Assembly (NCBI GenBank): GCA_951406725.2
Contig: OX597814.1
Location: forward strand, 57,164,001-57,228,000
Source: Octopus vulgaris
Lineage: Eukaryota
Direction of reading: 5' to 3'
Length of the DNA: 64,000 nt
The translations under genes and the position numbers were made by a program. The notes under the pieces are model-generated. The model saw nothing but the letters and a program-made list of their open reading frames with translations, did no database searches and was not told the origin of the DNA. Position 1 is the first letter of the stretch; every line of letters starts with the position of its first letter. Positions 52,881-64,000 of this stretch are shown piece after piece.

Positions 52881-55007
52881 CTATCCGTTTTCTTTAGGGG
52901 ACCAAAAACGTAACAGAAATTTAGTCACATGTGGGCATGATCCGAAAAGTTCTGTCCTTGTATTTAGACATGTGGTAGGGTCTAAGCTGCTTTTCCAGAT
53001 AAGCCATCTCTCCATGTCGCATAAACCGCACCTTCCGCTGCCGTTAGTATAGGGCTTACATCTGGCCAAAATCTTCCATTGTATGTTATAATCGACACCT
53101 TTATCTCTTAAAGACCAAATATGATTGGATAATTGTGTCGCTTTTCTTTTGTTCCAGTGCCTAAAGCTCAAAGTGTGGTTATTGAACCTGGCCTTGAAAT
53201 TACCCTCTGTCAGGCCCACGTATTTCTTCGTCAAAACGGTGTCTTTAGTGGTTATAGAGTTTACGGTAGCTTCATATATGATGGTCTTGGACATGCAAGC
53301 TCCATTTAGCGGGCACAATTCTTTATTCCTGCATGAACAGCTGTTTTCTTCTTGTGTTTTTTGTATGTTATGATTGATTATGTTTTTAAAATTGGTAGTT
53401 GAACTAAAACTAATTTTTAAATTGTGTCTATTGAAGAGTTTCCTATAAGCATGGTTAACTGGAAAATGTCTATCTATCAGTGCTAGGAAATATTTACCTA
53501 TATTGAAGGCCACCTCGGGTGAGTAAGGGGGCGTAAACCAGATGACCTTCCTATTTCTATTATTCCTTTTCCTTATTGTTGGGCTGGTGATAGGTGTATA
53601 TTTTATTTTTTCGCTAAAACCACTATCTTTTAAAGCTTTATTATAAACTGGGGCAACGCTATTGAAGATGTCCTCATTAGATGAGAGGCTAGAAATCCTC
53701 TTACTAATATTTTTAACTAAATTTTTGAATACTATAGGGGGATGGCATGAACCTACATTAATATAACTTAGTCTATCATTGGGCTTCCTATAAGGCTTAT
53801 AAATATTATTATTAAGATCTAAGGAAACGTCTAAGAAATTGACAACCGTCAGGTTAGTGTCTATAGTTATACTAAGTCCGAAGTGTTTCATTAACTGGAT
53901 AATATCCTTCCTAAAACGATCTTGTGCTGGTCCATTTGTATTAGCTGTTAAGGCGAGGGCATCATCTTTGTAGATGGCGAAATGTACGTTAGGGAATGTC
54001 TTACTGAAGGTATCTAGGAGAAAGAGTCCAATTAGATCACAGATGCCTGCCCCATCATATGAACCCATGCTCACATCGAAAGCGCCCTCCGTGTCGGTGT
54101 TTTTTACCCACTTTGCATTCTCACTGAAAAGTAATGTCTTTCTAGCATGGAAGATTATATCCTTATCATTGGTACTAATTTCTATGAAGTCACTAGCGAA
54201 GATTAGGGCTTTATCTAGCAGTTCTTTAGAGATAGAGGCATAAAAATCAACAATATCGAATTGTGTAAACCTCGCTTTTTTCTTATTCTTAATAGCTTTA
54301 AACCAGTCTACGACTTCTATACTATTGGACCATTGCACTAGCCTAGTATCGGTCTTAATTTTCGTATTTATTTTATCTAAAATTTCTTTGCTAATAATCC
54401 CTAGTTCTGACTTGGCTGGGTTGATAAGCCTACATTTAGGATTGGAAAGGAAGTTTTCTTTGTGGTCTTTAATAGTAATAAAGGCCTCTTTTTGGGGGAG
54501 GGTTTCTATTTTTTTATCTAATTTAAGTTTAGCGGCGATGACGCTAGCTTCTTTATTAATTTCGTTATATGTCTGTGCCCTAGCCTTAGTATAATTATTA
54601 ATGATGCTGTTGTGTAAGAGTTGTGTGTATTTGCTGTTATCTACCAGGTATAAGTTCTTGGTTTTATCCGAAAAAAGTGCTTTTTTCTTGGAGCTTTTTA
54701 TATGATCAATATCTTTTTTCAATTTATGTTGGAAATTGTTAAAAGACTTACGAAACTTTATTTTGCTCATGATCTTCAGCAGGTCCGCTTCGAAATCTTC
54801 CAAGCCTTTAATCCTAGGAGGGAATTTTTTGGATTTTATCCGATAGCAAATGTTTTCCTTGGTGTTCGCTTCTGTGTCAAAAAAGAAAGCCTTCCATCTC
54901 ATACGCTTAATTACATCAGTAATTTTTTGCAGAAGTTTCTTAGAGTAAAAATCCTTTGATGGGATCGGTATATTTTTCATAGAATAATCTATGTGATATG
55001 CGTCCAT
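52881..55007 (-). CDS. Naiad ORF copy 4, 708 aa, intact
   Basis: KTDTR, ISKRI and FKARF variants. Confidence 0.95.
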   Translation of the reverse strand: MDAYHIDYSMKNIPIPSKDFYSKKLLQKITDVIKRMRWKAFFFDTEANTKENICYRIKSKKFPPRIKGLEDFEADLLKIMSKIKFRKSFNNFQHKLKKDIDHIKSSKKKALFSDKTKNLYLVDNSKYTQLLHNSIINNYTKARAQTYNEINKEASVIAAKLKLDKKIETLPQKEAFITIKDHKENFLSNPKCRLINPAKSELGIISKEILDKINTKIKTDTRLVQWSNSIEVVDWFKAIKNKKKARFTQFDIVDFYASISKELLDKALIFASDFIEISTNDKDIIFHARKTLLFSENAKWVKNTDTEGAFDVSMGSYDGAGICDLIGLFLLDTFSKTFPNVHFAIYKDDALALTANTNGPAQDRFRKDIIQLMKHFGLSITIDTNLTVVNFLDVSLDLNNNIYKPYRKPNDRLSYINVGSCHPPIVFKNLVKNISKRISSLSSNEDIFNSVAPVYNKALKDSGFSEKIKYTPITSPTIRKRNNRNRKVIWFTPPYSPEVAFNIGKYFLALIDRHFPVNHAYRKLFNRHNLKISFSSTTNFKNIINHNIQKTQEENSCSCRNKELCPLNGACMSKTIIYEATVNSITTKDTVLTKKYVGLTEGNFKARFNNHTLSFRHWNKRKATQLSNHIWSLRDKGVDYNIQWKILARCKPYTNGSGRCGLCDMERWLIWKSSLDPTTCLNTRTELFGSCPHVTKFLLRFWSPKENG

Positions 55008-55214
55008 ATTAGATTCTTTTGTTTGTGAGAGTCCTCAACCGATGTTAGGCGATAATCCCAAAAAGGTCGTATTAGCTCTTAGTTGAGAATAACGTCGTCC
55101 GGGAGGTGATTTATTGATAAAACGGTAAGATAACAAAAGAAAGAAAGAGACCTCAATATTATGTAAATAGAGGAAATTTATCTATACAATATGTTACATT
55201 ACTCGGTAGTCAAG

Positions 55215-55714
55215 TACCAATTAAAAACATAATCAATATAACATCAAAAAAACAAGAAGAAAACCTGTTCATGCAGATAAAAATTTGCGCTAAATGATTG
55301 CATGTCCAAGACCATCATATATGAGCTACCGTAAACTCTATAACCACTAAAGACACCGTTTTGACGAAGAAATACGTGGGCCTGACAGAGGGTAATTTCA
55401 AGACCAGGTTCAATAACCACACTTTGAGCTTTAGGCACTGGAACAAAAGAAAAGCGACACAATTATCCAATCATATTTGGTCTTTAAGAGATAAAGGTGT
55501 CGATTATAACATACAATGGAAGATTTTGGCCAGATGTAAGCCCTATACTAACGGCAGCGGAAGGTGCGGTTTATGCGACATGGAGAGATGGCTTATCTGG
55601 AAAAGCAGCTTAGACCCTACCACATGTCTAAATACAAGGACAGAACTTTTCGGATCATGCCCACATGTGACTAAATTTCTGTTACGTTTTTGGTCCCCTA
55701 AAGAAAACGGATAG
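55215..55714 (+). pseudogene. 5'-truncated Naiad ORF (GIY-YIG part) at the inversion junction
   Basis: Corresponds to 57789-58305; first ~115 bp carry many small deletions. Confidence 0.9.
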
Positions 55715-55911
55715 AACATGCTTTCTGTGTTATGTCCCAAGAAGATTTTATATATTTTTATATATTTTTTTTATATATTTTTATGTATTTTTATATAATT
55801 TTTATGACGAAAAATGCGAGCGATGTATAAGTACGCAGGCAAAGCAGAGTTATAACAGAGTAATTTCCCTTCATTTTTAACGGTATTTTTTCATAACGTT
55901 TTCAAATAGCC

Positions 55912-55974
55912 AGATAACCGAAGAGATGGTGTTGTGGATTTCCACTTCGGCATCTGAAACTCAGAGTTTTATCT
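55912..55974 (+). ncRNA. Hammerhead-like ribozyme, inverted arm; second + copy 58491-58553
   Basis: Same sequence as the - copies; predicted cleavage after GUU at 55968. Confidence 0.75.
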
Positions 55975-56179
55975 TGACTACCGAGTAATGTAACATATTG
56001 TATAGATAAATTTCCTCTATTTACATAATATTGAGGTCTCTTTCTTTCTTTTGTTATCTTACCGTTTTATCAATAAATCACCTCCCGGACGACGTTATTC
56101 TCAACTAAGAGCTAATACGACCTTTTTGGGATTATCGCCTAACATCGGTTGAGGACTCTCACAAACAAAAGAATCTAAT

Positions 56180-58305
56180 ATGGACGCATATCACATAGAT
56201 TATTCTATGAAAAATATACCGATCCCATCAAAGGATTTTTACTCTAAGAAACTTCTGCAAAAAATTACTGATGTAATTAAGCGTATGAGATGGAAGGCTT
56301 TCTTTTTTGACACAGAAGCGAACACCAAGGAAAACATTTGCTATCGGATAAAATCCAAAAAATTCCTCCTAGGATTAAAGGCTTGGAAGATTTCGAAGCG
56401 GACCTGCTGAAGATCATGAGCAAAATAAAGTTTCGTAAGTCTTTTAACAATTTCCAACATAAATTGAAGAAAGATATTGATCATATAAAAAGCTCCAAGA
56501 AAAAAGCACTTTTTTCGGATAAAACCAAGAACTTATACCTGGTAGATAACAGCAAATACACACAACTCTTACACAACAGCATCATTAATAATTATACTAA
56601 AGCTAGGGCACAGACATATAACGAAATTAATAAAGAAGCTAGCGTCATCGCCGCTAAACTTAAATTAGATAAAAAAATAGAAACCCTCCCCCAAAAAGAG
56701 GCCTTTATTACTATTAAAGACCACAAAGAAAACTTCCTTTCCAATCCTAAATGTAGGCTTATCAACCCAGCCAAGTCAGAACTAGGGATTATTAGCAAAG
56801 AAATTTTAGATAAAATAAATACGAAAATTAAGAGCGATACTAGGCTAGTGCAATGGTCCAATAGTATAGAAGTCGTAGACTGGTTTAAAGCTATTAAGAA
56901 TAAGAAAAAAGCGAGGTTTACACAATTCGATATTGTTGATTTTTATGCCTCTATCTCTAAAGAACTGCTAGATAAAGCCCTAATCTTCGCTAGTGACTTC
57001 ATAGAAATTAGTACCAATGATAAGGATATAATCTTCCATGCTAGAAAGACATTACTTTTCAGTGAGAATGCAAAGTGGGTAAAAAACACCGACACGGAGG
57101 GCGCTTTCGATGTGAGCATGGGTTCATATGATGGGGCAGGCATCTGTGATCTAATTGGACTCTTTCTCCTAGATACCTTCAGTAAGACATTCCCTAACGT
57201 ACATTTCGCCATCTACAAAGATGATGCCCTCGCCTTAACAGCTAATACAAATGGACCAGCACAAGATCGTTTTAGGAAGGATATTATCCAGTTAATGAAA
57301 CACTTCGGACTTAGTATAACTATAGACACTAACCTGACGGTTGTCAATTTCTTAGACGTTTCCTTAGATCTTAATAATAATATTTATAAGCCTTATAGGA
57401 AGCCCAATGATAGACTAAGTTATATTAATGTAGGTTCATGCCATCCCCCTATAGTATTCAAAAATTTAGTTAAAAATATTAGTAATAGGATTTCTAGCCT
57501 CTCATCTAATGAGGACATCTTCAATAGCGTTGCCCCAGTTTATAATAAAGCTTTAAAAGATAGTGGTTTTAGCGAAAAAATAAAATATACACCTATCACC
57601 AGCCCAACAATAAGGAAAAGGAATAATAGAAATAGGAAGGTCATCTGGTTTACGCCCCCTTACTCACCCGAGGTGGCCTTCAATATAGGTAAATATTTCC
57701 TAGCACTGATAGATAGACATTTTCCAGTTAACCATGCTTATAGGAAACTCTTCAATAGACACAATTTAAAAATTAGTTTTAGTTCAACTACCAATTTTAA
57801 AAACATAATCAATCATAACATACAAAAAACACAAGAAGAAAACAGCTGTTCATGCAGGAATAAAGAATTGTGCCCGCTAAATGGAGCTTGCATGTCCAAG
57901 ACCATCATATATGAGGCTACCGTAAACTCTATAACCACTAAAGACACCGTTTTGACGAAGAAATACGTGGGCCTGACAGAGGGTAATTTCAAGACCAGGT
58001 TCAATAACCACACTTTGAGCTTTAGGCACTGGAACAAAAGAAAAGCGACACAATTATCCAATCATATTTGGTCTTTAAGAGATAAAGGTGTCGATTATAA
58101 CATACAATGGAAGATTTTGGCCAGATGTAAGCCCTATACTAACGGCAGCGGAAGGTGCGGTTTATGCGACATGGAGAGATGGCTTATCTGGAAAAGCAGC
58201 TTAGACCCTACCACATGTCTAAATACAAGGACAGAACTTTTCGGATCATGCCCACATGTGACTAAATTTCTGTTACGTTTTTGGTCCCCTAAAGAAAACG
58301 GATAG
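56180..58305 (+). pseudogene. Naiad ORF copy 5 (inverted), 1-bp frameshift
   Basis: CCC to CC at ~56365; otherwise like copies 1 and 2; may be a homopolymer error. Confidence 0.85.
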
Positions 58306-58581
58306 AACATGCTTTCTGTGTTATGTCCCAAGAAGATTTTATATATTTTTATATATTTTTTATGTATTTTTATATAATTTTTATGACGAAAAATGCGAGC
58401 GATGTATAAGTACGCAGGCAAAGCAGAGTTATAACAGAGTAATTTCCCTTCATTTTTAACGGTATTTTTTCATAACGTTTTCAAATAGCCAGATAACCGA
58501 AGAGATGGTGTTGTGGATTTCCACTTCGGCATCTGAAACTCAGAGTTTTATCTTGACTACCGAGTAATGTAACATATTGTA

Positions 58582-58612
<31 letters not shown>

Positions 58613-59485
58613 TGTATTCTCCAAATGGATAGACAGACGAACATCTCAAGAAAATTAAATACTTTAACATATTACCCAAATACGTAAACACACCTTTTAT
58701 TCACGTCGTTGAATCTTTGAATTTCTGAATTCAGTTGTGTTGTTGCAATAAAAGGTGTGTTTACTTATTTGGGTAATATATTAGTGTTTTAAAATTTTCT
58801 TGAGATGTTCGTTTGTCTGTCCAGTTGGAGAAAAACAGTAGGACTTTTGCAATGAAAAATGTTACATTTTCGAATACTCAGGGGGAGTCAAAAAGAAAAG
58901 AAAACGAGTTGTAGATAGTATAGTTTTAAGATTTACTAAATATGGTCTTTTGTATCAATGCACAGCGAGAAATGATAGTGTTCTTAGAATAAAAAGGTAG
59001 ATGATGTTTACATTTTACGAATATTCAGGGATAAAGGAAAAGATAGGAATTCACAGTAGTTGTAGATATTAAAGGTTTTTTTGTTTTAAAGCTAATCGTT
59101 TGTGCATTCGAAAGCTGTAGGTATGTAAGTTTCCTCACGTTTGAGGAAGATTTAAAATATTCACAGGAAATTGCAGATATTCCAGTCTTTGGGAATAGCA
59201 GGAGAAAGAGATGATCACCTTGTTGGATTTTAGAATTTCTGAATTTCTTTTCTTTTGGAATTTTTCTTTTCTTTTTATATGTTTTGCTGTGGTTTACAGT
59301 TTTTGTAGTTGTGCTTCCTTGCTTAATATTTATCGTGCATTTAATTGAGTTGATACAATAAATAGCATGATTACCTATTCTGTTTGTCAGGAAAGAATGA
59401 AAGATACGAGGTTCACACAAAATTGGAGGTATAAATGTTTCTAAACTTTTTGAGGTGTTCGTTCGAAGAAGACTGTGGTCACCAC

Positions 59486-59521
<36 letters not shown>

Positions 59522-59689
59522 TCAAGGCACTGCCTGGAATTGAGCACACAATCTTAGGGTTAGTAGCCCTCGATCTTAACCACTAAGCTATATGCCCGTA
59601 GCGTGAAACTACAGGGAAACTAATGTGTCTGGAACACCGTATCGAGAAAATAATTCGAGTAGGAACTTTATTTTTGTCTTTGCTGTGGA

Positions 59690-60515
59690 TTTATTACATC
59701 TGCATACCTCTGATCACTTTGTATAGCTATCCACAACGATTAGATAGTATGCACCGGTCACTGGTCCAGTGTAGTCGATAGGTAGCCTGGACCATGGGTT
59801 CTTAGTATCCAGCCATGACTGGTATTTTACTGATGGTTCTTTGGTTTCTCACGCGCAACATCTACATGCTTTCACCCATTTCTCGACCAATATACTAAGT
59901 TCTTCATTAAAAATTTCATCCTGGACATTTCCGGGTGCCTACAGTGGAATTGTTGCAATATTTGTTCCTGCAGTACACTGGGTATTACTACTCTCTGCGC
60001 GCACATTAAGACATCGTCGCATAGGGAGAAATTATTTGAATTTGTATTTTTATTATGCTTATTTTTCAATGTTTCTGTCATTCTTGTAATGTAACTATCC
60101 TCTACGGGTTTCATTTTTATATTATGTGCTGTGAGCAGCAATTCCTGGATTATATCATCCTCAATACTTCTTTATTTACTGACCACACTGACGCTATCAC
60201 GGTCTCCTCTAGTGGTTCCACGCTCTTGGGAATTAGCCTCGATCAGCAGTCTGCAAGACCAATTTCCTTTGACGGAATATACTGAATCACAAAATTGTAG
60301 TTCAGTAATATTTTACCCCAGCGTTGTAGTTGGTTCGCTGTATCGGTAGATCATTCCTCTTTGATCCAAAAATTGAGATTAATGGTATCTGGTCGGTTTG
60401 TAACAAAAAAACTTCTACCATGTAGAAATTTGTAAAATGTTTTTAGCGCTAAAATAATCGATAAAGCCTCCTTCTCTATCTGACTATACTTTTTTCCGGT
60501 GCTATAAGCGAACGT
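59690..60515 (-). mobile_element. Ty3/Gypsy pol fragment (RNase H to integrase)
   Basis: IEKEALSIILAL, LHGRSF, QTD-PLISIFG, LQQFH-HP-MSRMK-VYW, PWSRL-IDYTGP. Confidence 0.8.
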
Positions 60516-60519
60516 GATG

Positions 60520-61900
60520 TCTTAATAGTAGTTCAGCGGAGGCATTCTCTTTTTCACTGATCTTCAGCTTTATATTAACATCCGCTGGGCAGCTAACTTC
60601 CACAACTGTACACAGTTTCTCTTCTTTATCCCAAATCATTATATCAGGTCTGTTGTGCTTACATTTTATTGAGGACTTCACTGGGACATTCCATCAGTAC
60701 TCCTTTTTATTATGGGTGGCTAGGGCTTCTACCATACAGTGGGTTCTTTGTCCTCGGGGTTATCCTTCCTACGGATTTCATTATAGAGTGTTCTAGCTAC
60801 AACATCATGTCTCATCGGTAGATAAAACCGTCATGACATTTTCGTACAACTGCTTATGATGTGGGGGATATTTTCAATGTTAACTCCACAAAGTTTTCAT
60901 ATTATACTACTTTTTCTGCGTTACTATCCCTTTTGTGCATCAGGTATTTGGTTCATATTTTCTGTTCCTGGATTGCAAACGCATACCCTTCAAAATGGGA
61001 GGTAGTAATCCGGCTATTAGTCCATGATAGACTGCTTTCTACTAACATATCTATGCTTAGTCTTCTGTTCGTATAATCTCATCCTTTCATCTGATGATAT
61101 GTTGTGGTAGAGTCGTGCAACTTCTTTGAGCATGTATTCAAGGTTATCAGACAAGGAATGTTACTCAGGGAGCTTCCTTCAAGCCTTATAATGTTATCAG
61201 CCTCATGTATGCAAACTTAGTCAAGGGATGCACTTCGACACTGGGTGGTTAAAAGATGTTACCGAAGGGATATGATGTGACATTCAAAGGTATTTTAGAT
61301 CGATGTTAAGCCTCTGCTACCTTGTTTTCGTTTTAGGTAGAGAGGGTCTACGTCACTGTTAATGTGGAAATTGTGTGCTTGTTAGTATTTTTCAGGTTGT
61401 CACATCGATGGCTCCAATCTCATCAAGTATCCAATCAAGCAGCCCAAATGTTGGTATGAATAATGGTACTGAAAACACATTGTGGGCTACTGTTTTATTG
61501 AATATAGAGTGTTCTAAGGTTCAAATCTTCTTTATTCGGCTGTAATATTCTTTAGTGACACGTGTTTTGTTACAGGGGCCATTGTAAGATATATCTTCGT
61601 CCGCCCTTAGATACTTGTAACATACCTGGTCAGATATAGGGAAACAGTCAAATCATTGATGGAGATGTTATTAGTCTGGTTTATGGTTTCCCCCTTTTCA
61701 AAACAATATAACAACATTTATCTTGATCAAACTCCAGTCCTACGTCATTTGAGAATGTTGTAACTTGGTCAAGGCTCTTTTTCATCTCATGCATATTCTT
61801 TGCATAAAGTTTCAAGTCTTCCACTAAGAAACAGTGTGTAATTTTGGTATTTCAGCTTCCTTGTGAACCAGTGACATATCCTTCAGACTTCTTTAACATG
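60520..61900 (-). mobile_element. Degenerate R4/Dong-like RLE LINE fragment
   Basis: HCFLVEDLKLYA, YKYL, RHDVV, HNRPDIMIWDKEKKLCTVVEVSCPAD. Confidence 0.8.
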
Positions 61901-62623
61901 AATGGAGAAGGTTTGCAGAAAGTATAGACAACATCACAGAGAGGCTGTCCCCATGGAATATACCTTTGCGATGTATGTATGTATGTACGTACGTATGTGT
62001 GTATTTGCATTTATGTGTGTGTATGTGTATATGTGTGCGTGTGTATATACTATAATAATATTCTTGTGTTTTTCTCCGTCACAACATATGAATGAGAAAT
62101 GAAAGGGTGACAGATGGATAAGGAAGGGGTGATGGCAAACTAGTAGCGGGAGCATTTTGACTCTGTGTGAGTATGTGTGTGTATGTAAAAAGGAGGTATG
62201 TGAATATTTGCGTGTGTCTGCGTATGTGTGCATGTGTGTGTGCGTGCGTGCGTGTGCAATGGAAGTGAGAAGTTAAACATTCAACGCTGAAAAGTAATTC
62301 AAACAGCGTTTCAACTATGTGTGAGTATATGTGTGTGCGTGTACAAGGGAAGCACGTGAATGCTTGTATGAGTGAACTAGCATTCTTTCAGTATCAAGCA
62401 ATGATCAATGATCGATGTCACTTCTCAAAAGATAACCACTAGATAACATTGATAAGTATGTTAATTAGATTTGCCATCCATACTTATAGAAAGAAGCGTC
62501 TGTGATGTGTGGTAGCGGGAATGTAATAATTTTAGCAGATGTTCTGATGGCGAGGTTAAAGAAGGCACTGCTGGTAACCAATGAATTATCAGCAGCTTTA
62601 GTGGTGGGTGGTGGGAGTTGTTT

Positions 62624-62633
62624 TATATAAAAG
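62624..62633 (+). promoter_or_regulatory. TATA box of EF-hand gene
   Basis: TATATAAAAG 113 bp upstream of the ATG at 62737. Confidence 0.65.
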
Positions 62634-62736
62634 CAAAAGGGTGCTAGCTAAGTGTGACAAGTGTTCCATACTACAGACAGGAAAATAGCAATTCTCCTCG
62701 AGGTTACATATCCATTCTCGTTACAATTAGTTCGCG

Positions 62737-62865
62737 ATGTGTGATATCAATTGGAGTGAAGTTTTTGAAGAAATCGACACGAATGGCAATGGAGTAGTAG
62801 AAGTGGAAGAGTTGTTCGATCATTTGTCAAAAGTATTTCCATCTATTTCCAGATATACTGTAGAG
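62737..62865 (+). CDS. Calmodulin-like EF-hand protein, first coding exon (EF1)
   Basis: MCDINWSEVFEEIDTNGNGVVEVEELF...YTVE|gtttgt; canonical EF loop; phase-0 donor. Confidence 0.85.
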
Positions 62866-63161
62866 GTTTGTAAAAGTTTTAATAGTTTTTCAGCTTTATA
62901 TTTATATCACAAATACAAACATCGCTCATTACACAGTCACAAAACATACCTTCGAGCACCTTAAAACGCAAGTATTGAATGTGTATGTATGCACAGGTGC
63001 GTATACACACACATGCTCTCTCTCTCTCTCTCTCTAAAAATTTACCCAAACATATATATTACATATGCGTGTGTTTTTGTGTGTATATATACACACACGC
63101 ACACACACACACTGACTAATACAAAAGGAGTGGTACTGAACCAGTGCGAGTGTTAATAATA

Positions 63162-63582
63162 ATGACATAATGCCTCTCTCTAGACACACAAAAACTTTGT
63201 TTCAACACACAAATTCACATAAAAAAAACCTTGCAAACCAGATACAAAATGTAAAGCCCACTCTTTTGCGTCTTGGGCTTATCTGCCTCGACACTAGATA
63301 ATTCCGCACTGCTTTTCAAGTCATCGCAGAGAATGAACATGCTAGTTTGTTTATATATATGCGAAATTTTTTATATATATTTATAAAATAATGTTTCTTA
63401 AGCTTAAAGCTTATAAGCGATCACCGTATATTCACTAAAGAAAATAATCTAGTATTGAGGCATATAAGCCCTCAACGCAAAAGAGTAGGCTTTACATTTT
63501 TGCATCTGGTTTACAAGATCTTTTATGTGAATTTGTGAGTTGAAGCAATTTTGTTTGTGTGTCTACGGAGTGGCATTATGTC
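63162..63582. repeat. Imperfect inverted repeat with ~140-bp arms in intron 1
   Basis: tgacataatgcc...cactagat / atctagta...ggcattatgtca. Confidence 0.8.
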
Positions 63583-63599
63583 AATTAGACTACTTCATG

Positions 63600-64000
63600 C
63601 GCTACTCCATTGTCTCCCGAGACAGAAAGGATGCCAATACCAATGCCAATACCAAACTATGGTACATGCCCTCATCTTTTGGAGGGTTCAGAATTCCACT
63701 TTAAACAGGGTGAAATATTTAAGATCAAATCAAATTTCACCTGTGCCTCGGGAAAATCTAATCTATGCCACAAAGAACAAATCCGCCACCCACAATACAG
63801 ACAGATACAGGTTAGTGAACACATAAAAAGATGTGCTAGGAAGCTTAATCCTAATTTCCTAATTTTCCCCTTCTATCAATTTTCACAGAACACCTCAGTA
63901 CAACAAATAATGAATAAATAGGCAACTTTCATCAATAAAATCTTCCACAACTCAATATGAACACATAACATAATACAAAACACTACTAACCTCTCAATTA
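63600..64000 (+). mobile_element. Penelope-like GIY-YIG fragment, mirror of 14620-15003
   Basis: PNYGTCPHLLEGSEFHFKQGEIFKIKSNFTCAS; ~70-bp internal deletion relative to the left copy. Confidence 0.85.

Larger units (their letters stand above)
44778..58587. mobile_element. Tandem plus inverted array of a Naiad-type Penelope-like retroelement
   Basis: Four ~2.58-kb direct units on - (44778-55214), ~1.3 units on + (55215-58587), near-identical, (TA)n on both sides. Confidence 0.96.

Noticed and set aside
55800-55860. ATGAC...AAA...GAT in the Naiad 3' UTR as a possible SECIS
   Set aside because: Spacing and stem do not fit a SECIS, and the ORF has no in-frame TGA

Overview
AT-rich, microsatellite-dense animal genomic DNA. 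The SINE and repeat complement looks cephalopod (Octopus-like), which is an inference. The window is mostly transposon debris: CR1-like, L1/Tx1-like and R4/Dong-like LINEs, Tc1/mariner elements, MITEs, tRNA-derived SINEs, a Gypsy fragment, a Helitron end and many Penelope fragments. Three things stand out. (1) A young 13.8-kb insertion (44778-58587) of a Naiad-type Penelope-like retroelement sits in a (TA)n tract: four head-to-tail ~2.58-kb units on the - strand plus ~1.3 inverted units on the + strand. Each unit encodes a 708-aa RT + GIY-YIG protein and carries one hammerhead-ribozyme-like motif. The inversion junction lies 4 nt from the predicted cleavage site and shows a 36-nt twin-priming-like overlap. 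(2) Most of the window is one degenerate ~50-kb inverted duplication (left arm ~14.6-26.6 kb, right arm ~30.75-64 kb) whose arms were invaded by different elements, so the left arm preserves the empty site of the Penelope array. (3) A three-exon, 138-aa calmodulin-like four-EF-hand gene has phase-compatible exons on opposite strands 50 kb apart: exon 1 with TATA box at 62.7 kb (+), exons 2-3 at 12.8 and 9.7 kb (-). All alignments were made by eye, so the boundaries of degenerate elements are approximate.
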